A stretch of DNA of 64,000 bases, taken from Cystobasidiomycetes sp. EMM_F5. Lineage: Eukaryota. Positions 50,978-64,000 of this stretch are shown here, in pieces; position 1 is the stretch's first letter, and every line of letters starts with the position of its first letter. Below the pieces are notes generated by a model. That model had not been told where the DNA came from and did no database searches. It saw only the letters and a program-made list of their open reading frames with translations. The position numbers were made by a program, and so were the translations under genes. The stretch spans positions 434,001-498,000 of the forward strand of contig JBPGPT010000003.1 of assembly GCA_051047955.1 (NCBI GenBank), written 5' to 3'.

Positions 50978-52135
50978 CTATGCCATAGCCATCTCCTGCT
51001 TGATGGCAGCGATAGCCTAGATTAGAAACGACAATCATGTAAGCTTGGCGAGGAAGCAAGACAGAACGACATTGTCAGCTTACCTTGGCTGGGTTCAAGC
51101 CCTTGGGGCATGTGCGCGTGCAGTTGAAGATTGTGTGGCAACGGTACAAGGACAGTGTGTTCTGTAACTTCTCCTTGCGCTCCTCGCTCTTGCTATCTCT
51201 CGAGTCGGCAATCCATCGGTACGCCTGCATGAGCGTCGCTGGTCCGAGGTATTCGTCCTGATTCCACCAGTACGATGGGCATGAAGTCGAGCAGCACGCG
51301 CACAAAATGCACTCGTACATGCCATCGAGCTTCTTTCGGTCCGCTTGCGACTGGAGATGCTCCTTGCCGTCGGCAGGCGCAGTTGACTGTAGGTAAGGCT
51401 GGATCGACTTGTATTGCTTGTAGAATTGGGTCATGTCTGGTACGATATCCTTGACGATGAACACTGTGACAATCAAATACGATGAGCACTCGCGTTTGAA
51501 TCGCGAACTAATGTGCCTTACTGTGCGGCAGTGGGTAAATTTTCACCTCCTTTGACCCTTCACTGCTGATTCTCTTCAGGCAGGCAAGAGTGTTTTGTCC
51601 GTCGATGTTCATGGCGCAAGAACCGCAGATACCTTCTCGGCAAGACCGACTGCACAGTACGTCAGCTTCTTGTCCCTATGCGCGTAAGATGCGTCCGTAC
51701 CGGAAGGTAAGAGTAGGATCGATATCGTTCTTGATCTTGATCAACGCGTCGAGCACCATCGGGCCGCATCCAGCGAGATCAATCTGATAGTTTTGCATGT
51801 AGGGCTTCTCTGTTGGCTTGTCTGGATTCTGTGTGAGCAGCTCCACTTAGCTTTGGCTGTCAGAGAGAGCTGTCATCTACGTCTCTCCGCTCACCCATCT
51901 GTAGATCGAGAACGTCTTGAGCTTCTGCGGCTTGCTGCTCGACTCGCCAACGGCTGTAGCTAGTAATCTAGGCGCAGACGTTGACAGCGATGCCCTCAAT
52001 AATGGCTGTGTGAACGATTGAACTCAGCCTTTGGACAGTATTGACGGACTTTGCCGCTGAAACTCGGAAACTGACCTGCTGAATCGCCTTGACAGCCGGG
52101 CGGAGCGCAGAGGATGTAATGAGCGTGCGAACCAT
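50978..52135 (-). CDS. SDH2: Succinate dehydrogenase iron-sulfur subunit
   Basis: [35 protein letters not shown] and [20 protein letters not shown]. Confidence 0.97.
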
Positions 52136-52766
52136 GTCGGTGATTGTTGGTTCGGTGCTGGTGCAGAATGCAGCTATGTTGGTCCCAGCAAGACTCTGTC
52201 GAGGATAGACATTCTTCCGGCCAACCACAGCGCCGGGGAAAGCAAAATGTGGCAACTCCTCGCGGCACTTTCCGAGGTGACTTCAGAGTGGCTTCTAGCA
52301 ATGTTGGCATTCTCCAATCTCTATCGCTTATTATACAGCGGAACATTTCTCGTTCACACTGCTGTCTCCCATACCTTCCCCTCGCAGACATGATGTCTTT
52401 GCACGTATCTGTGTCTGAGTTACTAATCAAACCGCTACAATCCCTAATCAACAATACTCGGGCTGAGATTTAGCTTATGGTCATTATGCCATAATATCGG
52501 CCAAGTCGCCACGGCCAACGCGCATTTCGCTGATGCATGACGTGGCCATGTTATCGTAGCTCTCAGCGCCTTACAGTCGGACACATGTCTCGCCTTCGCA
52601 CCTGTCACGCTAATGATGTTCCCCTTGACGCGATACTTCCGGAGCGACCATTGAGGGTATTCGGAGACCGTCCGTTGATGTGATCTTTACTTGTAGTGTA
52701 GCCGCTCCAAGCAGTCATTGCATACACTCTTTAGTCTTGTCCTACCCTCCACCAAGAATACCTGAA

Positions 52767-55681
52767 ATGTCTGATACTGCTGCATCATCTCTCATTGAAA
52801 ACGACTGTGCGGAACAACCCATCGTTTCAGACAAAAGCAGCATCGATGCGCCTGTCTCATCCGAAACAGATGCCTCGGCTGCAAGCAGCGAGCTTGAGCG
52901 ACAGCTTCAGACACTGTCTGTACCCGGCTATGAGGTTTCGCAGGATGGCGTGTTTACAGTGATCAAGCGTACCGCTGCGAAAGGTCGTTCCGACACCTTT
53001 CCCGCCCGAATTTACAGGTGAATTTTTGCTGCTTTCGTTTGCTTCCACTATTCACTCAGCTTTCGTTTTGCGTAGATGGCTCATCAACAGCGACAAATGG
53101 TTTCCGTACATGTGGCGATTCATCAAGGAATCCATCGCGCTGTCGCCTTGGAGGATGGGAATACTATTACTGAGCAAGCTCATGACCTCGCTCGCACCCG
53201 CCGCCCGCCTCTGGATAACCAGCAAGATGCTGATGCAGGTAAGCTGCCGATCGTGACAATGAGGCTACATTTAGATGTCGGGTCTATCCGAGTTGACGAT
53301 CTCGCATCAGGTGGAACAAGCCGTCTCTACCGGCACTGTAAATCGATACACGCTAGGTGGATTAGCTCTACTCGGTAGTATACTTGGGACAGGTTTCAGG
53401 AGCCTCGAAATCTTCTTGTAAGTAACGTTTGCTGACGACCCGAACATTTCGCTATATGCTCACAGTTGAGTAGCGGGCGCAACGCGGGCATTCTGGAACG
53501 GTATTTCGAAGCCATGGTCACGTCAAGACTCCTCCAGGCATACTCGAAATTAGACTATCTTGCTGCAAAATCGCCGGAGAACAGCCGTATCTTCACAATC
53601 GCTGCGAGGACCGTAAACTCCAACTCTGAACAAGCCTTTACTATCGTAGCGGATGTTGTCAAGACATTCACGAGCGCATTGGACGTAGTCTCTCAGGCTT
53701 ACATACTCAGGCAGACCCTGACTCGGACTAATGCTGATCTGATCGCTATTGGATTCGTTGCGAACTTTATCCGGTCTGCGGAATGGCTTTTCCGAGGCGG
53801 TGAACACAAGTCAAATGAAGGGTCGTATGCACATGCTGACGCAGTACATGCCATCAGATGCCGGTATCAGATCAGCCACTACTAATCCACATTATCACCG
53901 CATGCAAAGCTTGTGGAATCAAGCTTGGATGTCTGAAGTAGCAGAGCATCAACTGCTTGGGCTGCCGGCCTACTTCTCATCGGAGTACGACAAGGCGAAC
54001 GAGGAACTAGGTGATCTTTGGACATACCGATTAACGGACAAGTCACGTCTGGCGGAGACGACAAGCTTGCTCAAGAACATCTCCGATCCTATCGTGTATG
54101 CCTTGTTTGCTCTCAGAGCCACTACGCGTAGGAGAGGCTTCATGACCTCCAGTGACCTTGTCGAAGAAACGTTTTCGATGGGTACCCTCTCTTTTATTCA
54201 GAGTGCATCATCCGGCCTCGCCGAAGCTGTCGGGCGCTTTGCATACGTTCTTGACGACGTACGACAACACTGCTCGGAGATCATGCAATTTTATCGGGCC
54301 TTCGATGTCAAGCCTGTTCTGCTACACCCTGCTGTTTCTGCTGAATACAAAACGATGGTACGCAAGTCGTCAGATGGTCTACCGATGCAAGGTGTAAGCC
54401 TCAGCATTTTGCAAAGACGGATGCTGCGCATACACTGAGGGCCTTGGTCGTGTGTTATAGCTATCGATCAGGCTCGACAATGTCACTTTCCTGTATCCTG
54501 GTTCGGAGCGCGCCGCCCTGTCACAAGTTTCTCTGGAGATTGAAGCGGGCTCCCTGACCTGCATAGTTGGGTACAACGGAAGCGGAAAAAGCACGCTGAT
54601 CAACCTTCTTACACGAATGGTAGATCCTGCCGAAGGAAGTGTGTATATCAGTAAGCATGGCAGACAATCTCGGGCTCGCAGCCGTTGCTGATTCACATAC
54701 AGACGACGTCAAAGCTGTAGAGTACAGGCCAAGCGATCTGTACGCTCGGATGACATGTCAGTTCCAGCAAACCGAGCCTTCGGATGTCACGCTCCGCGAA
54801 TTCCTGCATATGGGAGACTTAGGCGATAAGATGGACGATGACAAGATGATGGCTTGCTTGGCAGCAGCAGGTATTGATAAACTGGTAGCAAGATTCCCAA
54901 AGGGCTTGGACGCACGCTTGGGACCATATCCTGCGGACGCTGATCCTGTTTCTCTACTTCGAGAGGTCGTCGATGACAATACGAAAGGTAAACTGGATCC
55001 CTGGGAAATCTCAGATTCTACAGAGCCGTCTACTACGCAGAGCTCGACAGACGACGAGGACGACGACGACGAAATGTTTACAGTCGTCGGAAGCAGTAGC
55101 CTTAGCAACGGAGGAGAATTGAAGGGCAGAGACTGCGCCTTCAGCCCTGGTGAATGGCAGAAGCTGTGCTTCGCTCGCACGCTTATGCGAAAGAGCGCGG
55201 ATTTACGGTGAGTTCCTTGTATGAAAAGTATCCCGGTACTGCTGACGCTGCCCGCAGTATATTTGACGAGCCAAGTGCTGCGCTAGATCCTTTAGCCAGT
55301 CGTGTTGTCTTTGACCTCATCCAGAGCTTACGCGGTCAGAGCACGGTTGTTCACATAACTCACGACCTAGCGGCCTGCATTCGAGCGGATAAAGTCATCA
55401 TGTTTGAAGACGGCAAGCTTATCGAGAGCGGTACCCATCAAGAACTGGTCGACCGTGAGGAAAGCAAGTATCGTGCCTTCTATATGGCTCATACAGGACA
55501 AGGAGACGATGAGCCTGACATAGAGTGCGAGCTCACCGAGGACGCAGAGCCTGCAGGATCGCTCAGTGAACAAGACGAACGCACCGAAAGTGTCATGCAA
55601 ATGTCGATAAAGTCAGAACCGGTACCCCGAGCGAGATCTGATACGGTCGTCAGCATAGCAGACTCAGGATATGATCAATAA
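52767..55681 (+). CDS. ABC half-transporter-like protein (TMD-NBD, HlyB/MsbA-like), multi-exon
   Basis: Walker A GYNGSGKST, signature region FSPGEWQKLCFAR, Walker B IFDEPSAALD and H-loop ITHDL. Confidence 0.85.
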
Positions 55682-55788
55682 TAGATTTGACTACATAGAC
55701 ATACTTTATCAGCATGCACCAAGCAGACATCAGTGCTAGTACTCGTACCTACCGCACTCATCGATATCTCTTTCTGCTCGTCACCGAC

Positions 55789-56750
55789 ATGCAATCTGAA
55801 TATGCTTCAAACAACAGCAACTTGTTCGGCGCGTTGCTGTTCCTCTCATACATCATTACGGCCTTGATATGCGTAGCACTCTTGACGTTCCAGATCCGAC
55901 GGGACTTGCTTGAGTCACGATGTGATTGGAACGAAAGGAAGCGGATCATTCTCAAATTACTACCCATGACTGTCATCAGCTTCGCAGTTCTTTCTTTCAA
56001 CATGCTATCATTTCTGATCTACTCCTACTCGACGTTCTATGCGGGGTTGCGGGCCCAGAAATCGTTCATTCATAATCTATGGGAGTGGATGTCTCACAGA
56101 GGACTGTTCGACGATTTTGCACGGACATTGCTTCATTCCCGCAGCGAGTGGACCCTAGTCTCAGCTGCACTGCTGCAATCCATGGGCATTATTCTCTGGC
56201 TAGCGAAGCGATGTCGGTGTAGTCGTGCTGTCGCCTCGCTCGACTCACTAACATCTCTAAGGCAGTCCGCGTTCGGCAAACACCTGTACCGGGGAGTCTG
56301 GTCATATTGTCCCAGATTCTGCCAACCGCATTCACACTGAACCTTGGCTTCTTGCTTCTGGCGCTGTCAGCAAACAGGCGGCCCCGCAAGTCCAGCGAAA
56401 CGAGACAGAAATATCCGTATGGCGATTCAGCAAGTGCATATCCCGCCCTTATATGTACAATGTATGTGGCTGGGCTTCTTCTGGCTCCCTTCGTTAAACA
56501 GACTCCGCATTTCATGTCTTACGTCATAGGGCTCAGAGTCCTGCTAGCCCTTCCGTGGTATCTTGTTACATCGAACACGAGGATCTCGAAGGCCATGACG
56601 ATGTTGGCAGCCTGTGCAGCGTGCTGCATCTCCGCAGCGCTGGTAAATATCGGACCGTCAAGAATCGTCTTTCGAGCTTCAGCAGTCAATGCGCTGGTGC
56701 AGGACGCTCTACTGGGTACACTCAGCGTTGTAGTATATAAGATAGCGTAA
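55789..56750 (+). CDS. Fungal multi-pass membrane protein of unknown function, 2 exons
   Basis: NLFGALLFLSYII, SFAVLSFNMLSFLIYSY, LFDDFARTL and LSQILPTAFTLNL, with several hydrophobic helices. Confidence 0.7.
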
Positions 56751-56840
56751 TAAAGTGCAATACCACTCTATTTATTGATACCGGGAGTCTAAATCTAGTT
56801 TCTGCTGTGTTCGACACGACAACCTGCACGAAGTCTCACT

Positions 56841-57808
56841 ATGCGACCGGCCCCTGCACTGCAAACTATTGCACGAGGATACTCTCTGCTGTCGCCTTTC
56901 AATGCGAATGGCTGCAGCCGGTGTTGTGGTACCCGGATGTTTACGTCGTCCCTGAGGAACAACACGGGCCAGAACACCAGGCAAAGGGAAGCTCTGCATC
57001 TAGTTATTCTAGGGGCGCCAGGTGCCGGCAAAGGAACGCATACCGACTCTTTGCTCCGCAGTTACGTGATACAAGCGCTCGTTGCCGGTAATCTGCTGCG
57101 GGAGCAAGTGTCCAGCAAGACCGAAATCGGACTGAAAGCTGCCAAGATTATGAAGGAGGGTGGATTGATTGGACGATGCAACTGTGCTTCAAGTTGTCAA
57201 GCCAAGTCTAGACAATTTGACAGGACTCGACTGGATTCTAGTGAGTCGGGGAACGCGTTCATGATCAGTGGAGCACGTGCGGGGAGCTGAAGTCCCGCAT
57301 CATTGATGTCAAGGACGGATACCCACGCACGGCTGGCCAGGCTCGTGATCTAGACGAAGCTCTGGCCCACAATTCGGAACGCATCAATCTCGTTGTAAAC
57401 CTGGACGTTCCGGACGAGGTTCTCATAGACAGGATAGAGAACCGCTGGGTACACTTGCCTTCGGGACGAATATACAATACAACGTATAATCCACCAAAAG
57501 CGAAAGGACTCGACGACCTTACCGGCGAACCACTCTCGAAGCGCATCGATGACGATGTTGACATATTTAAGAAAAGATTGATTAACTTTCACAAAGAAAA
57601 CGCGCCAATCAAGGACTATTATCAAAACCAAGGATCTCTGGTGAATCTCTCTGGTCGGACAAGGTAAGTCTAGGTTGTGACTATGTCGTACGGTACGTGC
57701 TAATAATTCCAATAATGGCGACTGAGCAGCAAAGCAATCTGGCCGAAGATAGTAAAAGTGTTAGACGACAGATTCCCCAACCTGCCGGCTAGGAGAGATG
57801 CAGCATGA
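56841..57808 (+). CDS. ADK2: Mitochondrial GTP:AMP phosphotransferase (AK3/Adk2-type adenylate kinase), frameshifted as given at ~57163-57172
   Basis: Presequence-like N-terminus, GAPGAGKGT, WILDGYPRT and LID RWVHLPSGRIYNTTYNPPK..DDLTGEPL. One extra base lies between GGLI and DDATVL. Confidence 0.85.
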
Positions 57809-58962
57809 CAATAATTTGACACGCGTGCTATACGATTATCGTGTCCATTGTCGTTGTATTCAGCTCAGATGTCGGTCGTAGTGCGGTCATTGCAGGCAGG
57901 GACAGAGATGGCAGCAGAAATCTTGTTTGCATTGATTGTGCTCGTGAACTTAATAGCAGAAGCTGCAGCGCGTGATGTACTGGGCAAGTGCGCCTTGCAC
58001 CGATGCTGAAGAAGCAAACCACTTCATGAGCTCAAGTTACGCTCCACAGCAGTGTGATCACCTTTTCTATGCACCAGGACTCGCTGCTTGATAACATCAC
58101 GATCCGTTTAAAGCTGACAGACGCGACATCTCCACAGGGCAGTGATCGGGCGTAGTCTTGAAATGTGCAGCCGTTGCCATCGAGAGTCCCGCTACTGGGC
58201 TCATAGTCCGTCAATTCATCGAGGTCGTCATCGCAGGGTGATGCGATACCGAAGATGACAGATGCCATTACAGAACGAATGATGCACTTGTGAAGTAGAG
58301 TTTTCTGTTCACATTGTGTCGCGACCCTCATTTGCCGGGAGCTGGCCGTAGGAAGCGAAAGGAGTGCCGCCGAGTGAAACCGCTGTCTGAAGATAAGTCC
58401 CCCTCGTAGCTAGATATCGCGCTGTTTACGGTGAAGTCTACATTAGCATCTTGCCCCGTTTTCGCAGCAAGTGTAGAGAGGATGAGCTATATTCAGATAT
58501 CCGTTGCTACCCTCTGAGAGGTGCATATCATACCGCAAAGTACACGAAAGCGATAAAGGGATCCCTTCCTTTTCCGCCTGCTCTCCGCAACAACCGTGCC
58601 TTTCTTGCTGTAATCATCAATGAAGATCTTGGTCCGCTGAAATTGCAGCCCTCAGGCTCTTCAACGACGTTATCAATAGAGGCCAGCTGTTGCATCGTCG
58701 AGCGGCACTGAGCTTCAGCAGTATCAAGCTTTGCATCGTCTTGGTGTACTTTGTTATCTACGCGTCCTTCCGCCACGACAATAGACGAAGGTCTGCACAC
58801 GACAAGCATCGAAGGCTTACTGTTCATCAATCATAAGCGTGTGCCGTGTCGCACTGCCGCTCCAGATCTAATCTGGCCAGACCAAAAGTATTGGCGATTC
58901 GGCCGCAGTTTCGATTCTTGACTCTCAACCATGTTTCGGTGACGGGAAGACGCGGTACATAG

Positions 58963-60133
58963 ATGGACACGCCGTCCGTGGCTGTCGAAGTGCGACCAGC
59001 ATGGAAGGATATTGGCTACGGCAGCGTATGTTGGATGATATGCAACCTGAGTGGCTTTGAACTGAGAAGCATTTCCCCTAGATTGCTGGCATGGTTGCCA
59101 AAGTATTCGAGGTGGGTGGAATTATGCAAAGCACCAACGGGCCGCCATCTGATTCTACTCTACGTACAGCATCCCTTCGACTTGGTAAAAGTCCGGTTGC
59201 AGAGTCAACCACTTGACAGGCCACCACGTTTTGCTGGTCCTGTGGACTGCTTTCGCCAAACATTCATAAATGAGGGCTTTCGAGGGTTGTATCGGGTTAG
59301 CAAGATTGTTTCGAATCAATTACTTGCGCTGACGTTTTTGGCAGGGATTATCTATGCCAATCTTGGGTGCCATGGCAGAGAATGCGACCCTTTTCGTCGT
59401 TTATACCCAAACACAGGCGATTCTGCGCACAGCTTTCCCGAGTACTTCCTCCGCTTCCACTTCTTACGCGCCGGCTACGCAACCCGCACCTCTCCCGCTG
59501 TCTCAGATCGCAGTCGCTGGCGGCTGCGCAGGTGCAGTAACATCGTTCGTACTTACGCCAATCGAGCTCGTCAAAGTACGCATGCAGGTGCAAATGATAG
59601 CACAGGAGCAATATGCCCTGGCATCATCAGTCAATACTAGCTCCAAACCGGCCTTGCCTGGACCGGTCAAGCTCGTTCGCAGTGTCCTTCAGCAGTACGG
59701 AGCGCGCGGACTTTGGCTTGGCCAGACTGGAACATTCATCCGCGAGGCTGGGGGATCCGTAGCTTGGTTCGGTGCATTTGAAGCTGTTTGTCGCGCCTTC
59801 ATTAAGCAGCGCCAAAAGAAAGCAACAACAGGTCGCACGATCACTAAAGACGATCTGACTAGCCCAGAATTAATGCTGGCAGGAGCAGCAGCGGGAACAT
59901 CATATACTGTCGTGCTGTTCCCAGCCGACTGTATCAAAAGCACCATACAGACTGGTGACGAGCTGGCCAAAGACCGCAAGCCGGCAGGGTTTCTACAGAT
60001 CGGTCGCGATATATACCGGGCTCGCGGTATTCGAGGGCTTTACAGCGGCTGCGGCGTGACGGTCGTCAGGTCTGCGCCAAGTAGTGCTATCATTTTCTGG
60101 ATATATTCTTTGCTGGAGCGCAAGTTCGGCTAA
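58963..60133 (+). CDS. ORT1: Mitochondrial carrier, ornithine/amino-acid type (Ort1/Arg-13-like)
   Basis: Three PX(D/E)XXK repeats (HPFDLVK, TPIELVK, FPADCIK), plus [16 protein letters not shown] and RSAPSS. Confidence 0.82.
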
Positions 60134-60393
60134 GTATGGGCAGATCTCGTTGATTCTGATGGAAATGGTATCGTGCCGCCGCTGTGATGGACAATCATTG
60201 ATGATTTGTAAGGTAGACTTTCTTATTCTCAGCGAGGAACAACAAGAAGCCTGAAAATAGAGGAATGCAGTACATGAACTACAGAGAATGCTACGAAGAA
60301 CTGCTCGTCATTTGATGATTTTGCATGGATGATATACATGGGCTTCGGGACGCTGGCTCATGGGCCTCGATGACGTTGAACGAGTACGTAAGG

Positions 60394-63300
60394 TCAACAC
60401 TTGTCCAAGATGGAGTTCTTGGGGAAGCCTCTGCAAGAGTGATAATTTTGTCAGTTTGAACGACTCATTGTAGAATTCCGGCTTACTTCGGCTCGGCCTC
60501 GCTCCACAGAGTCAAGTTGTAGTTGGTGTACGAGTTCAGATGCCGGCTGTGGTGACAACTTTCAGCACGATCCGCGATAGCTTGACCCTGAATTTCAAGC
60601 GTACTTTATATAATCTTGTGTGGGGAATGCTTTCGGATCGCAACCAATGTTGATTGCATCAGGCCGTTGGTACTGGGCGGGGCGTCAGTAAAGCTTTCGT
60701 TCAAGGGGATTGCGACGTACTACGCGAATCCAGTCGAATCGCATGATCGCAGGGAATGTCAGATGCTTGAGATCGACTTGATTGACGCGTTAGATTGACA
60801 GTGTCTGTAGTCGGCAGTAGTCAGCTCACCTGGATTGAAGCTATCCGCCATGCCCAGATTCATGATCATGTACATTGGCTGTTGAAAGGATTGTCAGCTT
60901 TTTCGTGTGCGCCTGAGTTGTCACTTTCGCACTTCTCTCGGTACAAGCCGTTGTGAATAATCCATTGTCTTGTTACCTGTCAAGCCTGCTTCTTTCAGTG
61001 ACCAGCCGATCTTGTCGCCCTGTGCACAGCTTCATGTCAGCGCAAGACTCATGAGCACTCAGCAAAGGTATGAGGAAATCTACCTGCACCCAGTACACGT
61101 ATCCATCGTAGTCTGTCCCTTCGCTCGGCTTGTATTGTACCGAAAATGTTTGGAATCTCTCCTTGTCGACCAGGTAGTACGACTGTTGATCTGTCCTTGC
61201 CAACCCTGATACTGACTACATTATCGCAGTGTACTCAGCCCCGAAAGTTGAAGTCGGTGCACCTGTACACTTACCTGTTGGAAAACTCCACCATGGTACG
61301 CGTTAAATTCGGTATCCCAGTCTGTTCCCAGCGATGAGGTGTCCGTAGTGTTGTGCCAGAGGTAATCTGCATCGAAAGGCGCCACTTGGATGGTTTGTGA
61401 CGCCTCTCCATAATGTTCTAACGGATTGACAATAGTCTCAAAGACATCCAACTCTGGAGCAGCGCGTCCGACGCTGTGCGATGGGCCAGGGTGACTTGAC
61501 ATACAAGATCAGAATTGTTGCGAGCAAGCTTACAGCGGACGGTCTGCTTACTCTTCGCCTTTGCAGGTACACGCTGATAATTTCTGTCCTGGAAGGTACG
61601 AAAGTGGAGCATTCCAGCTCGTATTCCATGCACCAGACTGTTTTCGGAAGTCCGTCTGATTGGGCAATGTTCCAGTATCGCAAGAGTCATAAGAGTACGG
61701 CCTGCGGCGATTTAACCTTAGATTCGAATGGCAACATGCGGCGCATCACGAAAGCCTTACCATGTCCCCTCCAAGGACGAACCGTAGCCAGCACGTCCAA
61801 GGTTTCCCATTGTCCAGAAGGCTGGCCATAGACCCGTTGTTTTGGGATCACCCGGCAGCGATACGCTCGCTTCAATTATACCGCCAGTAAAGCAGAATCT
61901 GCCAGAGTCAGCTAGATCAGCAAAACTTCCTCGCTGAAACGAGTGCATCGGTCAAAACCCACTGATTCCACCCTTGCAACATGCCAGACATGTACGAGAG
62001 GTTGTGATTTGAGCGGGGGTCCGCTTTCGTCAGGTTCAGGTAGAGGTAGCCATCTCTTGTATACGCCTGTTGCGGATCATAGTACTCGAGATCTCCCGTT
62101 GAATAATAGTGCATGTCAATGGCTGTCCAGTACGGATCATCACCATCATAGAAGGTGCGGCCGGGCGTATTGAATTCGTCTGAGAAGACTAGATCGTACT
62201 GTAGACCATCTGCGCCCGTCTTTGTGTAGACCTCTTGTGGAGTATCCCTATCGACGAGGCCTCTGAAGTTTTGGATGTCTGGAACCTGCCCTGTACTGTT
62301 TGTGTAGAGTGATTTGCTAGCGAGCAAGTTGGTAGAGATGTAGGTCGCCAGAGGGTATCCAGCAAAGAAGGTGACGAGTGCGATAATGATGACTGAGATA
62401 CCTACGGCATTGAGCCACCCTCGCCAGGAGGTAAGGCTAGTAGTGCCATAGATTGCTCGCGAGTCTACCAGTCTGCGATCTGGTCCGACGGCTTTGAGTC
62501 TTGGCCCGGGGTCGTGCAGAGCGTCGTCTGCTTCTGGTCCATCATAGTGAGCGACGCCGGGAATAACATACGCATTGTACTTTCTGTATAAGCGAGCAAA
62601 AGCAAGGAGCATTCAGTCAGCCTGTGATTAGAAGCCGATCCCGCTCGGTGACTTTTCGATGACGCGACTACTTTTTGCGCGTGATGCACCGAAAGACAAC
62701 ACAGACAATTTGCAACTCACTCTTCGTTGGATAGAATCTTATGATCACTGTCTTTGAGGTGTGTAAAGCTCGTCTTTTGTCGTAGACCGCGCTGAGCTGC
62801 AGCAGTCCCGCCGAGACCGGCAGAGTAGGGCGAGTGAGACGAAAAGGAGGTGTGGTCGCCGTCATCCGAATGCCCTTCATACGACTGAGCATAGCCAGTA
62901 TTGTAGTTGCCTCCGCTATTTCGATCTAGAATGAGCGAAGAGACTGAAGCTGTATCGTCCATGTGTCGGCTGAGCCCGACTACGCCAGAGTGCTTTACGC
63001 CTCGTTGACCGTAAGCCGATGAATAGTTTGCTGGGAAGTTGGCATTGTGCACGCCTAGACCGATAGCAGTGGGCGATGAGGGCATACTGAGGTTGGAGTA
63101 GGCTCCCATCTGCGCGCCAGAGAGGTAGCGGTGGTTGTTGGTACTCGACGGTGATGATGGGCTGCCAATTCCGCCACTCAGACTCCCACCGCTGCTACGA
63201 CTCCCAGACGAGGGCGATGATGATTCAAACGACGACATGTGCGTCGTCACGATTGTGGGGTTTGGATGTGATGCTCGTGTGCGGTCGAGACTGGCACTGG

Positions 63301-63448
63301 GTCGGTGAGACAGGTTGCTCTCATACATCATTGCCTGAGCCTGTGACGGTTGCACGGCAGTGGTCGAAGAGCCCTGACGGGTGTGGGTGAATGGGTTGAA
63401 AGGGCGGGCATTGTTGTTGTTGTTATTGTTTTTGTGTGGAGCAGCCAT
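60394..63448 (-). CDS. KRE6: Kre6/Skn1 beta-1,6-glucan synthesis-associated GH16 protein, multi-exon
   Basis: PEADDALHDP, a TM helix, LVFSDEFNTPGRTFYDGDDPYW, SGMLQGWN, GLWPAFWTMGNLGRAGY, GRAAPELDVFE and terminal FPKN...C*. Confidence 0.93.
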
Positions 63449-64000
63449 CTCTGCAAGCTATCGCAGGCTGGCTCTGGTGATGTTTAGTCGTGGCACATGG
63501 ACCAGCCTTGCCGGTAACTAATTCGAAGGGTGACAGTTGCGGATGGCTGGACTGTACTGTTTACTGAGCGAGCGTGGGTGGTGTACAAGTAATTTGCACG
63601 AGCGAGGTGCGTCGTAGAGGTGTGAATACAGACTATTCTGTCGGAATACTCGTCACTGGTTTCTTATGGGTTCGCTTCGGCCGTTTGGATTGATCGAGGT
63701 CACCTTTTGACCAAGTTCTGCAGGACGTCCAGAAGTGCAAAGGGACGACGCAGCAGCTCGTCAATGTGCAGAATGTCGGCAGAAGTCAGTCGGAGAGCCA
63801 ACACGCTCCAAGCATTGGCTTCGGTCGACACGGCCATTCGCGAATTCGCACGCACGGCTCGAGCGCAGCCGCCGTCCAACAACGGTCTAAAGAGGGACTG
63901 TGCGGAAAGCTATTCTGAATCGCAGTTGCATTCGTTGGACGAGGGCACTTGGGGGTCCTTCAAGGTGTGATTGCAGGAAAGAAGTCTCATCGATGGCTAC

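Noticed and set aside
51120..51160. SDH2 carboxamide (SDHI) fungicide-resistance position
   Set aside because: The His in YRCHTIFNC is the wild-type residue, so nothing is unusual.
63700..64000. Short ORFs at the window end
   Set aside because: Possibly the 3' end of a gene outside the window, but too little sequence to support a call.
1..64000. tRNA, rRNA, snRNA, CRISPR arrays, transposons, secondary-metabolite cluster, mating-type genes
   Set aside because: None recognised by eye. ACTTACCTG hits are reverse-strand splice donors, not U1. Intron-containing tRNAs or snoRNAs could be missed without tRNAscan-SE or Infernal.

Overview
This is gene-dense, intron-rich eukaryotic DNA from a fungus, very probably a basidiomycete. 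The evidence is short GT-AG introns with CTRAY-like branch points, intergenic gaps often only 90-300 bp, and fungal genes (WHI2, KRE6, YPP1). I reconstructed about 29 spliced genes by eye. Most are housekeeping: formin, WHI2, MFS, a TIM10-like gene split by introns, SEC65, MIS12, a transketolase-like enzyme, BCH-RhoGAP, SREBP, MTR3, HRK1-type kinase, EXO70, YPP1, RAB18, SDH2, an ABC half-transporter, AK3/ADK2, an ORT1-like carrier and KRE6. I saw no rRNA, tRNA, CRISPR array or transposase. The best candidate for an undescribed system is a tandem pair of paralogous genes (27.6-30.1 kb). They share four intron positions and encode an F-box-like N-terminus plus a Pol-beta-type nucleotidyltransferase fold. 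Other oddities: a one-base frameshift in the adenylate kinase, a degenerate PIN protein with His/Pro-rich segments, an ABC protein with a non-canonical signature, a non-canonical transketolase built with 9- and 10-nt micro-exons, and a probable GC-AG intron. All family calls come from motif recognition, not database searches. Exon boundaries are manual predictions.
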